In this document: positions 10,415 to 20,254 of the stretch, piece by piece | How the letters are laid out: the number at the start of each line of letters is the position of its first letter | How positions within the stretch are numbered: the stretch's first letter is position 1 | DNA from: an uncultured cyanobacterium | GTDB taxonomy: Bacteria; Cyanobacteriota; Cyanobacteriia; Cyanobacteriales; CAWUOF01 | Direction of reading: 5' to 3' | Length of the DNA: 64,000 nucleotides | Assembly (NCBI GenBank): GCA_963744145.1 | Contig: CAVUSO010000001.1 | Span: 3,520,001 to 3,584,000, forward strand | Translations under genes and position numbers: made by a program | The notes under the pieces: model-generated | Database searches by the model: none | What the model was told of the DNA's origin: nothing | Seen by the model: the letters and a program-made list of their open reading frames with translations, nothing else

Positions 10415-10885
10415 CAATTACCCTACTATTTAATCCAGCAATCAGCTTTTTTTTAAATTTTGTAACATTATGTCAGGGAAAAAAGTTCTGATGAAACTGA
10501 AACTTCGTTATCTGTGATATACCAAAAATACATCCTGGTAAATTTACCAAATTCTAGCTACGCATAGCAATATTGAAGGGATTTATTGCCCGCAGGTGTT
10601 TTTTTTTTAAACCGATATAATTAACTCCCATATCACCAGGGCAATCAGATGGGAGTTAGACTAATAGGATCAGTTATTGAGATCGGGTGCATCCAGTTAG
10701 AGAATTGCCGACTATTTAGCCCAGACTTGGAAAGTAACTTGTTAGTTTGGCGTTGAATCGTCGCAGTTTTACTACAAGAAAAGGAGTAAGGCTGATCTGA
10801 ACAACAGTTGGGAGTTTCCCATTCTGATCAGATTTCTCAGATCAGCCTGATCTGAACAGCGATCCAAATTTTATTGATAATTTGA

Positions 10886-11914
10886 ATGCTCACGATGAAT
10901 TCTGATCAGATATTTCGGCTTATAGATGGGATTTTACCCTTTGAAGCCTGCCTTTATTATCAGGTCCTACCATTATCCTTAGAAGGTAGTCGCCTCAATC
11001 TAGGTATGGTTGATCTTGAGGATTCGTCTGCTTTGAATTACGCAAGGCGGATTTTTGCTTATTTGAATTGTTCCCTAGTACCTCAGGCAATTTCAGCAGA
11101 AATGCACAAATCTGTGCTGTCTGCTTATTTGAGTTATGTGGGGACTTCACAAAAATCACAGCTCCAGAAAAAAACTCCTCATCAGGTTAAACCTGAATCA
11201 GCACCGCAACTAGAACTAGAGGAGAAGGTTGAGTCAAATCCCAAAACTAAGGGTTCATCAAGCTCGAAAGCAACCGGAATGTCCCTACCTACTTTAGAAG
11301 TTCATACCTACCATTTATCAAGTCCAGTGGAAGTTTTGGCTACCTTACCACCCCAACAATTACTGCGAGAATTGCTTGGTCGGATCTTAGTGGGTGGAAT
11401 TGGACGGCTTTATTTTGAACGACAAGAAGTCCAAGGTCGAATTCTGTGGAGTCAAAATGGTGTTTTGCAATCGGTTTTAGAAGCACTACCGATTGATTTG
11501 TTTCAAGGTGTGATTAATGAATTAAAACTGTTGACCCAACTCCCTTTGATTCCCATTCAAAATCCGAAACAGGTGGAGATTGAAAGGTGCTATCAACAAA
11601 GTCATTTATTGTTACGTTTGCGGCTTAAACCTGGCAATCATGGGGAAGAAGCTACCCTCCAAGTTTTGCGGGGGGCAGCTTTAAAATTTTATCAACAGCA
11701 ACAATTGGAAAACTTTAGCCGGGAGGCTCTAAGACACGCCCAACAATTGCATCGGAAACTCAAAGAAATTTGCGATCGCACTGAGATGAATCCAGCTTTG
11801 AATATTGGACAATTAGAAGCTTTGCCAGCCCTTGAACAAATTCTCACCAGTATCAATCACCAAATGGAAATGCTACAGAGCTTACCTACTAACGAGAAAA
11901 CCAACCCAAAATAA
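10886..11914 (+). CDS. PilB/GspE N-terminal-domain protein lacking an ATPase domain
   Basis: 'LPFEACLYYQVLPL..RLNLGMVDLED' T2SSE N-domain; PilB N2-like segment 'GRLYFE...GEEATLQVL'; no Walker A motif. Confidence 0.65.
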   Translation: MLTMNSDQIFRLIDGILPFEACLYYQVLPLSLEGSRLNLGMVDLEDSSALNYARRIFAYLNCSLVPQAISAEMHKSVLSAYLSYVGTSQKSQLQKKTPHQVKPESAPQLELEEKVESNPKTKGSSSSKATGMSLPTLEVHTYHLSSPVEVLATLPPQQLLRELLGRILVGGIGRLYFERQEVQGRILWSQNGVLQSVLEALPIDLFQGVINELKLLTQLPLIPIQNPKQVEIERCYQQSHLLLRLRLKPGNHGEEATLQVLRGAALKFYQQQQLENFSREALRHAQQLHRKLKEICDRTEMNPALNIGQLEALPALEQILTSINHQMEMLQSLPTNEKTNPK

Positions 11915-11918
11915 TTAT

Positions 11919-12977
11919 TTAGACTAAAACTGGGGCTGGTTTAGGCCAACGCTCTACCGCTTTGCCAATCACGGACAAGTTTACCATGAGCTGCTCAAAT
12001 TGCTTAAAGGTGAGAGATTGGGGACCGTCTGACAAAGCTTTGGCTGGATTGGGGTGAACTTCAATCATCAGGGAATCTGCACCTGCGGCGATCGCGGCTT
12101 TAGCCATATCTGGGACATAAGTTGCCCAACCGGTGCCATGACTCGGATCAATCATAATTGGTAAGTGAGTCAACCGTCTGAGAACTGGAACTACTGATAA
12201 ATCTAAGGTATTGCGAGTATACTGTCTGTCAAAAGTCCGAATTCCCCGTTCGCACAGAATCACATTTTGATTACCTGCGGCTAAAATATACTCAGCTGCC
12301 ATCAACCAATCTTCAATTGTTGCAGCCATTCCTCTTTTGAGTAACACTGGTTTTTCCTGTGCCCCTACTTTTTTCAAGAGGGAGAAATTCTGCATATTTC
12401 TCGCTCCAATTTGGATCACATCTGCTACTTCACCGATTTTTTCTAGATCGGCTGTGTCCATTACTTCAGTAATTATTCCTAGTCCAGAAGCTGCTCGAGC
12501 AGCACTGAGTAAATTGAGGGCACTTTCTCCATGTCCTTGGAAAGCATAGGGAGAGGTGCGTGGTTTATAGGCTCCTCCTCGTAAAAAATGGGCTCCGGCT
12601 GCTTTGACCTGTTTTGCCGTTTCAATAATCATTTCTTCATTTTCGACGGAACATGGTCCAGCAACGATGACCAGGGGATGATGTTCGCCAAAAGTAATTG
12701 GGCCATTAGGAGTAGAGACAACAATCTCGCTAGCTTCTCCGTCACGAAATTCTCTACTAGCACGCTTAAAGGGTTGTTCTACTCGTAAGACGGTTTCAAT
12801 CGAGGGGCTAATTTCCTGAATTTGTAACGGATCAAGATCAGCTGTTTCCCCCACCAGTCCTAGAACCACCTTATAGCGTCCGACAATTTTTTCTGGTGAG
12901 AGACCCCATTGCTGAAGTTCTCCGATGACACGCTCAACTTCTACTTCCGGAGAACCAACCTTCATCACTACAATCAT
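11919..12977 (-). CDS. aroF: 3-deoxy-7-phosphoheptulonate (DAHP) synthase, class I-beta
   Basis: 'AGPCSVE', 'RGGAYKPRTSPY', 'QIGARNMQN', 'DPSHGTG'. Confidence 0.95.
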   Translation of the reverse strand: MIVVMKVGSPEVEVERVIGELQQWGLSPEKIVGRYKVVLGLVGETADLDPLQIQEISPSIETVLRVEQPFKRASREFRDGEASEIVVSTPNGPITFGEHHPLVIVAGPCSVENEEMIIETAKQVKAAGAHFLRGGAYKPRTSPYAFQGHGESALNLLSAARAASGLGIITEVMDTADLEKIGEVADVIQIGARNMQNFSLLKKVGAQEKPVLLKRGMAATIEDWLMAAEYILAAGNQNVILCERGIRTFDRQYTRNTLDLSVVPVLRRLTHLPIMIDPSHGTGWATYVPDMAKAAIAAGADSLMIEVHPNPAKALSDGPQSLTFKQFEQLMVNLSVIGKAVERWPKPAPVLV

Positions 12978-13071
12978 ATTAAATTACCTACTCAGTTGCT
13001 AATTATTGGCGATCGCTTATTTTGATTAGTCATTAGCCAATCAACAAGTTTGACCAATGACTAATAACTTT

Positions 13072-13521
13072 TCAGTCTTCCGTCTTCAGATCCTGTTTAG
13101 ATTTCCAGGCTGTTCTCAGACGACCAAAATTGGTAGTAAATTCATTCCAACCTAATTTAGTCCCAGAAATCTCTTCATCCCATGATGTGGAGATTACCCC
13201 ATAGCTTAGTCCTAATACGCCTAAGCCAAAAAAGCCCATACTGGTCAACACCACCGCAATATTAGGCAATTCTAGCCATTTATTGCTAATGATGATGTAA
13301 CTAGCAATAAAGGTACACATTCCTAAAGCAGTGGGAATACCGCTAAAAAATGCCATTCTTAGCCCCATCCGTCGGCTGACTGCGGGGGGGATGGCCATTT
13401 CGGCTCTAGTGACAGGAGAGGTTTGATCCTCTTTCGTTAGTGTTGGGCTATTTTTCGTCGGTTTCTTACGCTTTTTTCCAGGTTCAAAGGGTAAGCGGTT
13501 GCGTTCTGGTTCTGAAGACAT
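13072..13521 (-). CDS. PAM68 family photosystem II assembly protein (DUF3464)
   Basis: 'IPPAVSRRM..RMAFFSGIPTALG..GLSYGVISTSWD'; two TM helices; directly downstream of rpsO. Confidence 0.88.
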   Translation of the reverse strand: MSSEPERNRLPFEPGKKRKKPTKNSPTLTKEDQTSPVTRAEMAIPPAVSRRMGLRMAFFSGIPTALGMCTFIASYIIISNKWLELPNIAVVLTSMGFFGLGVLGLSYGVISTSWDEEISGTKLGWNEFTTNFGRLRTAWKSKQDLKTED

Positions 13522-13538
13522 AGATTTTAGTTACTGGA

Positions 13539-13808
13539 CTAACCGCGAATACCCAAACGAGTCAGCAGAGTGCGATAGCGGGTTGGGTTTTCCCGTTGGA
13601 CATAGTTTAATAGCCGCTTGCGCTGACCGATCAATTTTAACAATCCTCGGCGCGAAGAATGATCGCTTTTATTGACTTTCAGGTGTTCGCTGAGTCGGTT
13701 GATCCGTTCAGTGAGCATAGCTATTTGTACATCTGCCGAACCAGTATCGGTTTCGTGGATTTGGTAATCGGCCAATATTTCTTGTTTGCGATTTTGAGTT
13801 AGAGCCAT
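13539..13808 (-). CDS. rpsO: 30S ribosomal protein S15
   Basis: '[39 protein letters not shown]'. Confidence 0.98.
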   Translation of the reverse strand: MALTQNRKQEILADYQIHETDTGSADVQIAMLTERINRLSEHLKVNKSDHSSRRGLLKLIGQRKRLLNYVQRENPTRYRTLLTRLGIRG

Positions 13809-14494
13809 GAATGCTATCGATTTTTTGAATAAAAATACCGCAGTCTATGACTTTATCACATAAATCGTTATTGATGCAAATTTATAGATATTCTTTGGCC
13901 ATCAGGCAGGGGCAGATGGCTCTAACCTACTTTTCCGTCCTACTGAGGACTTTTTCCAGAAGTCTATTGACATTTACATCGTTTAATGTAAGGAAATTAC
14001 AGCGTAATTTACATTTGCTTGATACATTTATGTATTTTGAGGACATTCGCCAGTGGCAAGGTACTGCTGATTTTCTGGCCGCGATCGCTCAAATTTTGCC
14101 ATCATTCCCTGATTTATTATTGGAACAACAAATTATCGCTGAGGCTGATGGCCAAGACCCAACTTGGTCACCACCAATGCAAACAGTAACATTACCATTA
14201 ACTCCAGGACAGGCTAGCACGCTGGATCTAGCAGAAGATGCTGTTGTCTTACTAGCACAGGGAATTCTCCGGCAATACAGCGGAGTTCTCAACCGAGAAA
14301 TTGTGCGTCAAGACGATAGTATGCCATCGGAACTTTATCGAGCAATGTGTAAATTGGGTCGTCTAGACATTGAAGCAGGATTACCCGATCGCGCTGCTTG
14401 TGTACATAATGTGCTTGAACGTGCTAGATATCCGCTTCTAAAAATCTATGTAAACCTACGCAAAGGCAGAAATGAATAGACAAGACTCAGCGGT

Positions 14495-15985
14495 TTAAGT
14501 TTCTGAAGCATTATTTCTTAGTGCTTGCGCTTCCCCAGTATTGAGGTTGGCCAAGAAATCCCAGTTAGAAACGGTATAATAATCCTGTCTACGTTTGATT
14601 ACACCGGAATGCTTGATTTGGTTATTTAGTTGATGCCACTGACTGCAAACGTGCTTAGTTAAGTTCACCTCAACAAAGGCGGTTAAGGAGTCAGGTAATT
14701 TTTCCGATAGTTTCATGGCACGTCTGCCAATCACAAAGGCTGCGGCTTCATCACTGGCTAGGGCATACATCCGCAGATATTTGACCAGGCCAATCACGCT
14801 CGAATAAGCAGGATTGACCGTGATTAGTTCAATGCCTCGGTTGGCCAAGATTGAACTTAGTTGTTTAAAAAACTCAGAATATGCCCAGCCAGAAAGCATC
14901 CTGGCATATTTCTGACCAAGTTCTCTCAGCTGTTCTTTCTTAGTAGAAAAGTCTAACTGTTCGCAAACAATGGGGCATTGATATCTGATTGCTAAAATAG
15001 CTAGTTGCAAACAAGCCTCAACAATTTGAGCTTGTTGTTGGCCGTTGGGTAATCCAGTTTGTAACGAGATCTGACCATGTGCTTTGAGATTACCTTCATG
15101 GTCAAGGTATGCCCATCCAATTGAGCCAGGATTTAGGTCAATGCCGATAGATCCATAGTTTACAGAACGCGATATTTGCTTAACTGGTTTTGGGGTAAAT
15201 TGGACGGCAGTACACCATTTTCCCTCTTTGTAATAAAAGTGCCAAGTCTTAGCACCTGTTGCTGGTAATCGGTCAATATTTCTGGGGAAATCACCAATGT
15301 TGGACTCAACATATTTACCAAATTGGGACTCTAAACAAGCAGGGACTCTAAACTTTAAATTATTGCCGTCCCATTGGCAAGATTGATTTCCAAAAGATTC
15401 ACTCTTAGAGCCAACTACAAAGACTTGATTCCTTGGTACGAAAACCCGAATGGGGATAGTTTTTAGTTTGGCAATCCTTTGTTGATATCGGAACAGTTTT
15501 CGTTTCTTATTGTGGATTTGAAACCGTAAATGTTGCCAATTAGTTTGGCGATATTTTAATGAACTGGAGAGTGGAAAACCACAGCCAGTCTTACTATTGA
15601 CCCAATTCTTTTGACGATAAAACTTCCGGGCATCTTTCAGTTTCTTTTCAGCTTTCTTTAACCATTGCTCACAAGACTTCGCCTTACCTTCTAAGGTTTT
15701 GATATGTAAATCCCTACATTCCTTAGCACTATCAACCGCCCCTTTAGCAGACGCAATTACACCAGCAGCATGACGTTTGTTTATTTGATAAATATGCTGT
15801 AGATGTGTATTCCAATCGGATTTATTGAACGTTTGTCCTGATAACAAATGATTAACAGTTTCACATACTGCCTGACGGAATATTGGCGCATAAGCATTCA
15901 AAAACATCTCTAGCTGAGTTTTGCCAATGGCGTTTAACTCTTCTAGTGGTGTTGGTAGTCCTTTGCAGTACGTTAGCCTTGTCAT
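14495..15985 (-). CDS. tnpB: TnpB-family RNA-guided endonuclease
   Basis: RuvC motifs 'GIDLN', 'CEQLDF', 'VNPAYSS...SDEAAAFVIGRR'; downstream of tnpA; no CxxC zinc finger. Confidence 0.88.
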   Translation of the reverse strand: MTRLTYCKGLPTPLEELNAIGKTQLEMFLNAYAPIFRQAVCETVNHLLSGQTFNKSDWNTHLQHIYQINKRHAAGVIASAKGAVDSAKECRDLHIKTLEGKAKSCEQWLKKAEKKLKDARKFYRQKNWVNSKTGCGFPLSSSLKYRQTNWQHLRFQIHNKKRKLFRYQQRIAKLKTIPIRVFVPRNQVFVVGSKSESFGNQSCQWDGNNLKFRVPACLESQFGKYVESNIGDFPRNIDRLPATGAKTWHFYYKEGKWCTAVQFTPKPVKQISRSVNYGSIGIDLNPGSIGWAYLDHEGNLKAHGQISLQTGLPNGQQQAQIVEACLQLAILAIRYQCPIVCEQLDFSTKKEQLRELGQKYARMLSGWAYSEFFKQLSSILANRGIELITVNPAYSSVIGLVKYLRMYALASDEAAAFVIGRRAMKLSEKLPDSLTAFVEVNLTKHVCSQWHQLNNQIKHSGVIKRRQDYYTVSNWDFLANLNTGEAQALRNNASET

Positions 15986-16024
15986 TTAGACTTTTAAATC
16001 TTTTTTTATATCTGGATCTTAGCA

Positions 16025-16617
16025 TCATTGCTGAGATTCTGCAAGCTTTTCCAAAAGTTTTTTATTTTTGTTTGAGCGAGAGCCATAGAGTCGAGCCGAA
16101 AATACAGTGATAATCTCTAAAACATCGGAAGCTAGATCTTCTTCAAAGGTGGCATCTTCTTTTTTGTTCAGAATGACAATCTCAATGTCGTGATACTCGC
16201 AAACAGCAAAGATCAGCTCCGCCCCAAATCGTAGTAATCTATCCTTATGTGTTACTACCAAACGGGCGATATCCCCATCTAAAATCGCTGTCAGTAGTTT
16301 GGCTAAACCTTTTTTCCGATAGTTCATTCCACTACCTAGATCCCTAATTACCTCATATTCCCATCCCTTGGACTGGCAATAACCAGACAGCACGGCATCT
16401 TGTCTATCAAGGTCTGCTTTTTGGTCTAGGGTAGAAACACGGGCATAGGCGAGGGTTTTGCCTGGTTTTTGTTCTACAAAGTCTGATAAACGATCAATCT
16501 ATGTCCTCCATCAGTCCTGACTGATTTAATTTTCCCGTCATTCTCCCATCGTCTGATGGTGTCTACGCTGACAGCCTTAAGCTCGGCCAGTTCCCCAATA
16601 CTAATTAATCTATCCAC
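16025..16617 (-). pseudogene. tnpA: IS607 TnpA (MerR-like HTH + serine recombinase), frameshifted
   Basis: GTG 16617 MDRLISIGELAELKAVSVDTIRRWE..RTDGGHR; 1-nt shift near 16490-16497; then 'AYARVST', 'DLGSGMN', 'HKDRLLRFG', 'FSARLYGSRS'. Confidence 0.88.
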
Positions 16618-16910
16618 CGTTTTGCCTAGAATTTATCCTCTCAATTATAGGTAAACCTAGGTATTTTGGCAACAGTGATCATCCCTTTGATCAGTGGAAA
16701 TTAGATATTTTTTGCCAATCAAACTTTCGCTTTAGTCAAGCAACCCTCATCGATCCAGACTTAAGAGTACCAACTTCAGATTGTGCCGAAATTGCCAACA
16801 TGAGAGGAGCTTTTGGCGAAGACAATGTAATTGAACATCGCTTACACCAAAGATTACGCGAGGCAACTGAGCGGTTAGGAAGTCGTCAGCACAAAGCTTA
16901 TACGGCTGTA

Positions 16911-18025
16911 CTAGAGCATCAATATTATAGCGCAACAATTGCCGATCCTCGTCAGCCAATGACAGTGGCTTTAGGGGAAGAAAACACCGCTGTAAGAATT
17001 CCGATCTGACCGATTACTGCGCCCCTTGCCCCACGTCGAACCCATTCATTAGAAAGCATACCAAAAGAGAAAATTAGCATTCTCCTTTCAGAACTTGACG
17101 AAATAGCTATTGAGATGGATCGGCGAGAAGCTAATCATCCCGAAAAAAGACAAGGTAATTGGAGCAAAAGATTTAAAAATTTTGCTCTGATGGTGCCAGA
17201 AATTGGCCAGGGATTGCGAGAAGAAAGTGTGATCGAACTAGCAGATATCAAGCACTTAATTGGATTGCCAGGATCAGGAAAAACAACATTGCTAATATTG
17301 CTAGCTATTTGGCTAGGACAACGGGGTTATCAGGCGATGTTTGTATTTCCTTCTATTGAAGTTTCCAGACAATATATGGCAGAATTGACATTCCACGAAA
17401 TTAAAGTAGGGATGCTAGTTGGTCAAAGCGATCAAACTCGTCGGCAACACACGAACAAGATTGCTGAAGCGATCGCTGCTTCTGGAGGTAATGGTGGCTT
17501 TGCTTATACTCTAGAACAAGCAGAAATGTTTAGCATGAATTGCGTTCTGCCTGCGTTTTCCAATGCGGATACTTCCATGTGGGGTTTTGGTGATGCACAA
17601 TGCCAGAAAATCTTACAAAGTGGGGGTAAAAAGGGCAAATGAAAAAGTGCCTTTGTCCTGTTTGGACAATGTGCGGTCGGAACAAAGCTCTTCGAGATTT
17701 ACTGGATACTAATATTTGGGTCGGTCATGTTCTTTCAATGGATACTCAAGTGCCACCCCATGCTATTCGTGAACAAATCCGCTATTTTGAATTGATTGCT
17801 CGGACATTCGATGTCGTCGTTTTTGATGAAGCTGACATGGTACAGTCAAATCTCGATAATTACGGAGCCGCAACTTTGAGGCTTTCCGGTGCAGAAAATT
17901 CGCTTCATTTAGTGTTTCAAGAACAAATTCACAACCGTTTTGCTCGCGGAGAAAATTATCGATTATTTGACCGTGCAGTAGAACTTTATAGCCGCGATTT
18001 AGCAGAATTTGGTAACCACAATACC
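16911..18025 (+). pseudogene. pPIWI_RE_Z / DinG-like SF2 helicase remnant
   Basis: In-frame TGA at 17007; Walker A 'GLPGSGKTT'; frameshift near 17640; Cys cluster (C..C..CLCP..C); Walker B 'VVFDEAD'; truncated near 18025. Confidence 0.75.
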
Positions 18026-19259
18026 AATTTGTCTTACCAATTGAAAAGACTCAAGATAAAAATCTTCTTAAACTTGATGACTTTTTTATCGAGTGCAATC
18101 TGCTTTGAAAGATTTGCTTTTTGCTCATTCAGGTTATATTGAAGATGTGAAGACAAAGGTTGACAAATGGCTAAAAGATATTCCTGAAAAATCCCGACCC
18201 AAAGAAATTATCAGTATTACTATCGTCCGTAAACAAAAAGGTCGCGCTCGTGGTAATATTGAGAGTACATTTTTGCCTGTAGCTATGCGTTTAAATGTAG
18301 AGACAGGTAAGTGCGAAATGTGTTGCGCTTATGAAAGGGGTAAGAGCTTACAAATTAGTTCTTGGAGTAAATTTTCAGATGCGATCGCCTTCATTTCCCA
18401 AATTTCCCCAGTAAAACTAGCTAAGGACAAAACAGCACGTCAATCTCGTTTTATGAAATTTGTTCAGAAGGTTATTTCTACTTCTGTTAGTGAAGGTAAT
18501 TACCCCTTGGTGATGATTGATTCTTCTAACTGTGTATACCTTTGGCCTTGGCTTGCTGATGTTAGAATTGATGCTAACATAATTAACTTAGCACAGCAAA
18601 CAGGTACACCTTTATCCGAACACATGGAGCAAGAATGGAAAGGTGCGCGGCTGATTCGGATTCGTCAAGACCATGCACCGGGAATTATTGAAAAGAAAGT
18701 ACGACAGTTTGCAGAAACATCTCTGGATGACGCACGAACTAACAAAGAACTAAGTTCAGACTATGAAATTCCTTCAGCTTCCAGTACAATGAAGTTATTT
18801 AAACTAAAGAATGAAACTAATGAAAAAAATGAACCCAATCAAATAGGTTGTGTAGCTTACATATCTGTAGGGCATAAACCACTACACCATGAATCGCGCG
18901 GACAAAGTTGCTATCGCCGGACAGAAAAATCGATTTCTGTTAATAATCCTGATAGTTCCAAGGAGAAAGTTTTCAATAAAGCAGGATTAGAAGTTTGCCA
19001 GATCGGAATCCGTGAGCCATTTACAGGACAATATCCAACTCCCAATCCCATTGAAATAGTTGTTACTTTGCGACAACCAAATGATAATCCCGATTGTCTT
19101 GCTTTATTTGTGGAATCTCTACGCTATGGTTTTGTTCACTATAGTGATTGGTCTAGTTTACCAGCTCCGCTCTTTTTTGAACGTGTTATTCGAGACTATA
19201 TCAGTGAATTTGTAATTGAAGATGAGGCGACAGATGCAGAAGAAGACTTGGAGGAATGA
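18026..19259 (+). pseudogene. pPIWI-RE C-terminal fragment (end of MID + RNase H-like PIWI domain)
   Basis: 'QFVLPIEK..DDFF' then a 1-nt loss in a T6 run (18082-18087), continuing 'RVQSALKDLL', 'LWPWLAD', 'RLIRIR', 'PNPIEI', 'LPAPLFFERVIRDY'; N-terminal half absent. Confidence 0.75.
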
Positions 19260-19294
19260 TCGTTTTCTAATTATATTGGGTTATCTGATCGCTA

Positions 19295-19726
19295 CTAATT
19301 TGTTCCGGGATAAAGTAGATGATCGGGATCTAACCAAACAATATAGAAAACTTCATCAATAAAAAATCCATGAACTCTACCATGTTCGTTTGATGAGAGA
19401 GAAAACTGGTAGGGAGTGTCTACTAGCTGTTCCTCACCTGGCAATCCAAACCCATTTTCACTTGTATCTTCCCATTTGATTGGATGAACTCTAATAGCAC
19501 TACTGCGATTCACCAGTAATTCTTGAGTAGACCAACCTGATAGAGCCTTTAAACGATTAAGTAGGGCTAGCCAGTATGTAGTTGCTTTTTCATTGCAGCA
19601 GAACTTATTATGACTATCCTGATAATACTTAAACGAAAAGCTAATGTTTTGAGGCTTCAGTTTTGTTGGTTTAATCCCAGATTTACCAGTTTTCAGGACT
19701 TGAGACTTTTTAATCTTCTTCGACAC
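19295..19726 (-). CDS. Putative toxin partner of Panacea antitoxin (RelE-like fold suspected)
   Basis: Overlaps the antitoxin gene by 17 bp; basic N-terminus; C-terminal 'YQFSLS..GRVHGFFIDEVFYIVWLDPDH'. Confidence 0.55.
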   Translation of the reverse strand: MSKKIKKSQVLKTGKSGIKPTKLKPQNISFSFKYYQDSHNKFCCNEKATTYWLALLNRLKALSGWSTQELLVNRSSAIRVHPIKWEDTSENGFGLPGEEQLVDTPYQFSLSSNEHGRVHGFFIDEVFYIVWLDPDHLLYPGTN

Positions 19727-20159
19727 TTGCTCTGTAATACTCCTTCATCCACTCTTTCTTGATAACTTCTTCAGAAGGTGCATCCGGAGGGATATCCCCT
19801 CTAGCCATATTCCAAGGAGCCTCAGCGTGAGTCATCTGCTCTAGTTCATAAGCGTCACAAGCAAAATACTCTTTGGCAACTTCCTCAAGAAATTGAGAAA
19901 CATTTTCAGGTAATTGAGGGGTAGCTTTTTCGAGAATTGGCTGCCATCCAAAAGATTTATATTTTTGGTATAAAGGCGGAATTATTGGCCCATGCACCCA
20001 AGCATGAAAATCTTCTTGAAAGAGAGGCTCTTCGTGGAGTGCGAGATACCAAGCTTGAGCATAGTAAACCAGTTTCTGAAGCTTTAAGTTACTTATGAAT
20101 GAGCCAGTTTCATTCGCTAGCCAAATAAAGTAGTCTGCTATGTCAAAGCAGGATAGCAT
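19710..20159 (-). CDS. Panacea-domain (DUF4065/SocA/GepA) antitoxin
   Basis: 'ISNLKLQKLVYYAQ', 'FHAWVHGP', 'LEQMTHAEAPW'; GGAGG RBS. Confidence 0.9.
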   Translation of the reverse strand: MLSCFDIADYFIWLANETGSFISNLKLQKLVYYAQAWYLALHEEPLFQEDFHAWVHGPIIPPLYQKYKSFGWQPILEKATPQLPENVSQFLEEVAKEYFACDAYELEQMTHAEAPWNMARGDIPPDAPSEEVIKKEWMKEYYRASVEED

Positions 20160-20254
20160 TAAACTTACCTCCTTGATTACAATATCTTAATAAAACCTAA
20201 TGCTTACCTAAACAGTTAGTATAGCTCTTGGGATTAAATTCTGGTTGATAAAAT

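Larger units (their letters stand above)
14434..16684 (-). mobile_element. IS607-family insertion sequence (tnpA serine recombinase + tnpB), 2251 bp
   Basis: Both junctions share ATCC (GGAT on minus strand, containing a GG core); no terminal IRs; GTAAACCTA directly repeated near both ends (14450, 16651); excision restores the host frame. Confidence 0.9.
14030..16910 (+). pseudogene. pPIWI_RE_Y / REase gene, split by IS607 and 3'-deleted
   Basis: Removing 14434-16684 restores the in-frame read ..LERARYPFDQWKL..LIDPDLRVPTSDCAEIA..; similarity ends near KAYTAV (~16910) with no REase domain following. Confidence 0.65.

Noticed and set aside
14430..14433. 4-bp target-site duplication (ATCC)
   Set aside because: Cannot be excluded from sequence alone, but IS607 serine transposases do not make TSDs, so it is better read as core microhomology
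13847..14479. 210-aa ORF as an intact gene
   Set aside because: The 5' part overlaps the rpsO promoter region, and the last 15 codons read into the IS end
14495..15985. Cas12-type CRISPR effector
   Set aside because: No array; it lies inside an IS607 element next to tnpA, so it is TnpB
16800..18142. Three independent small genes
   Set aside because: They are fragments separated by a nonsense codon and a frameshift within the decayed operon
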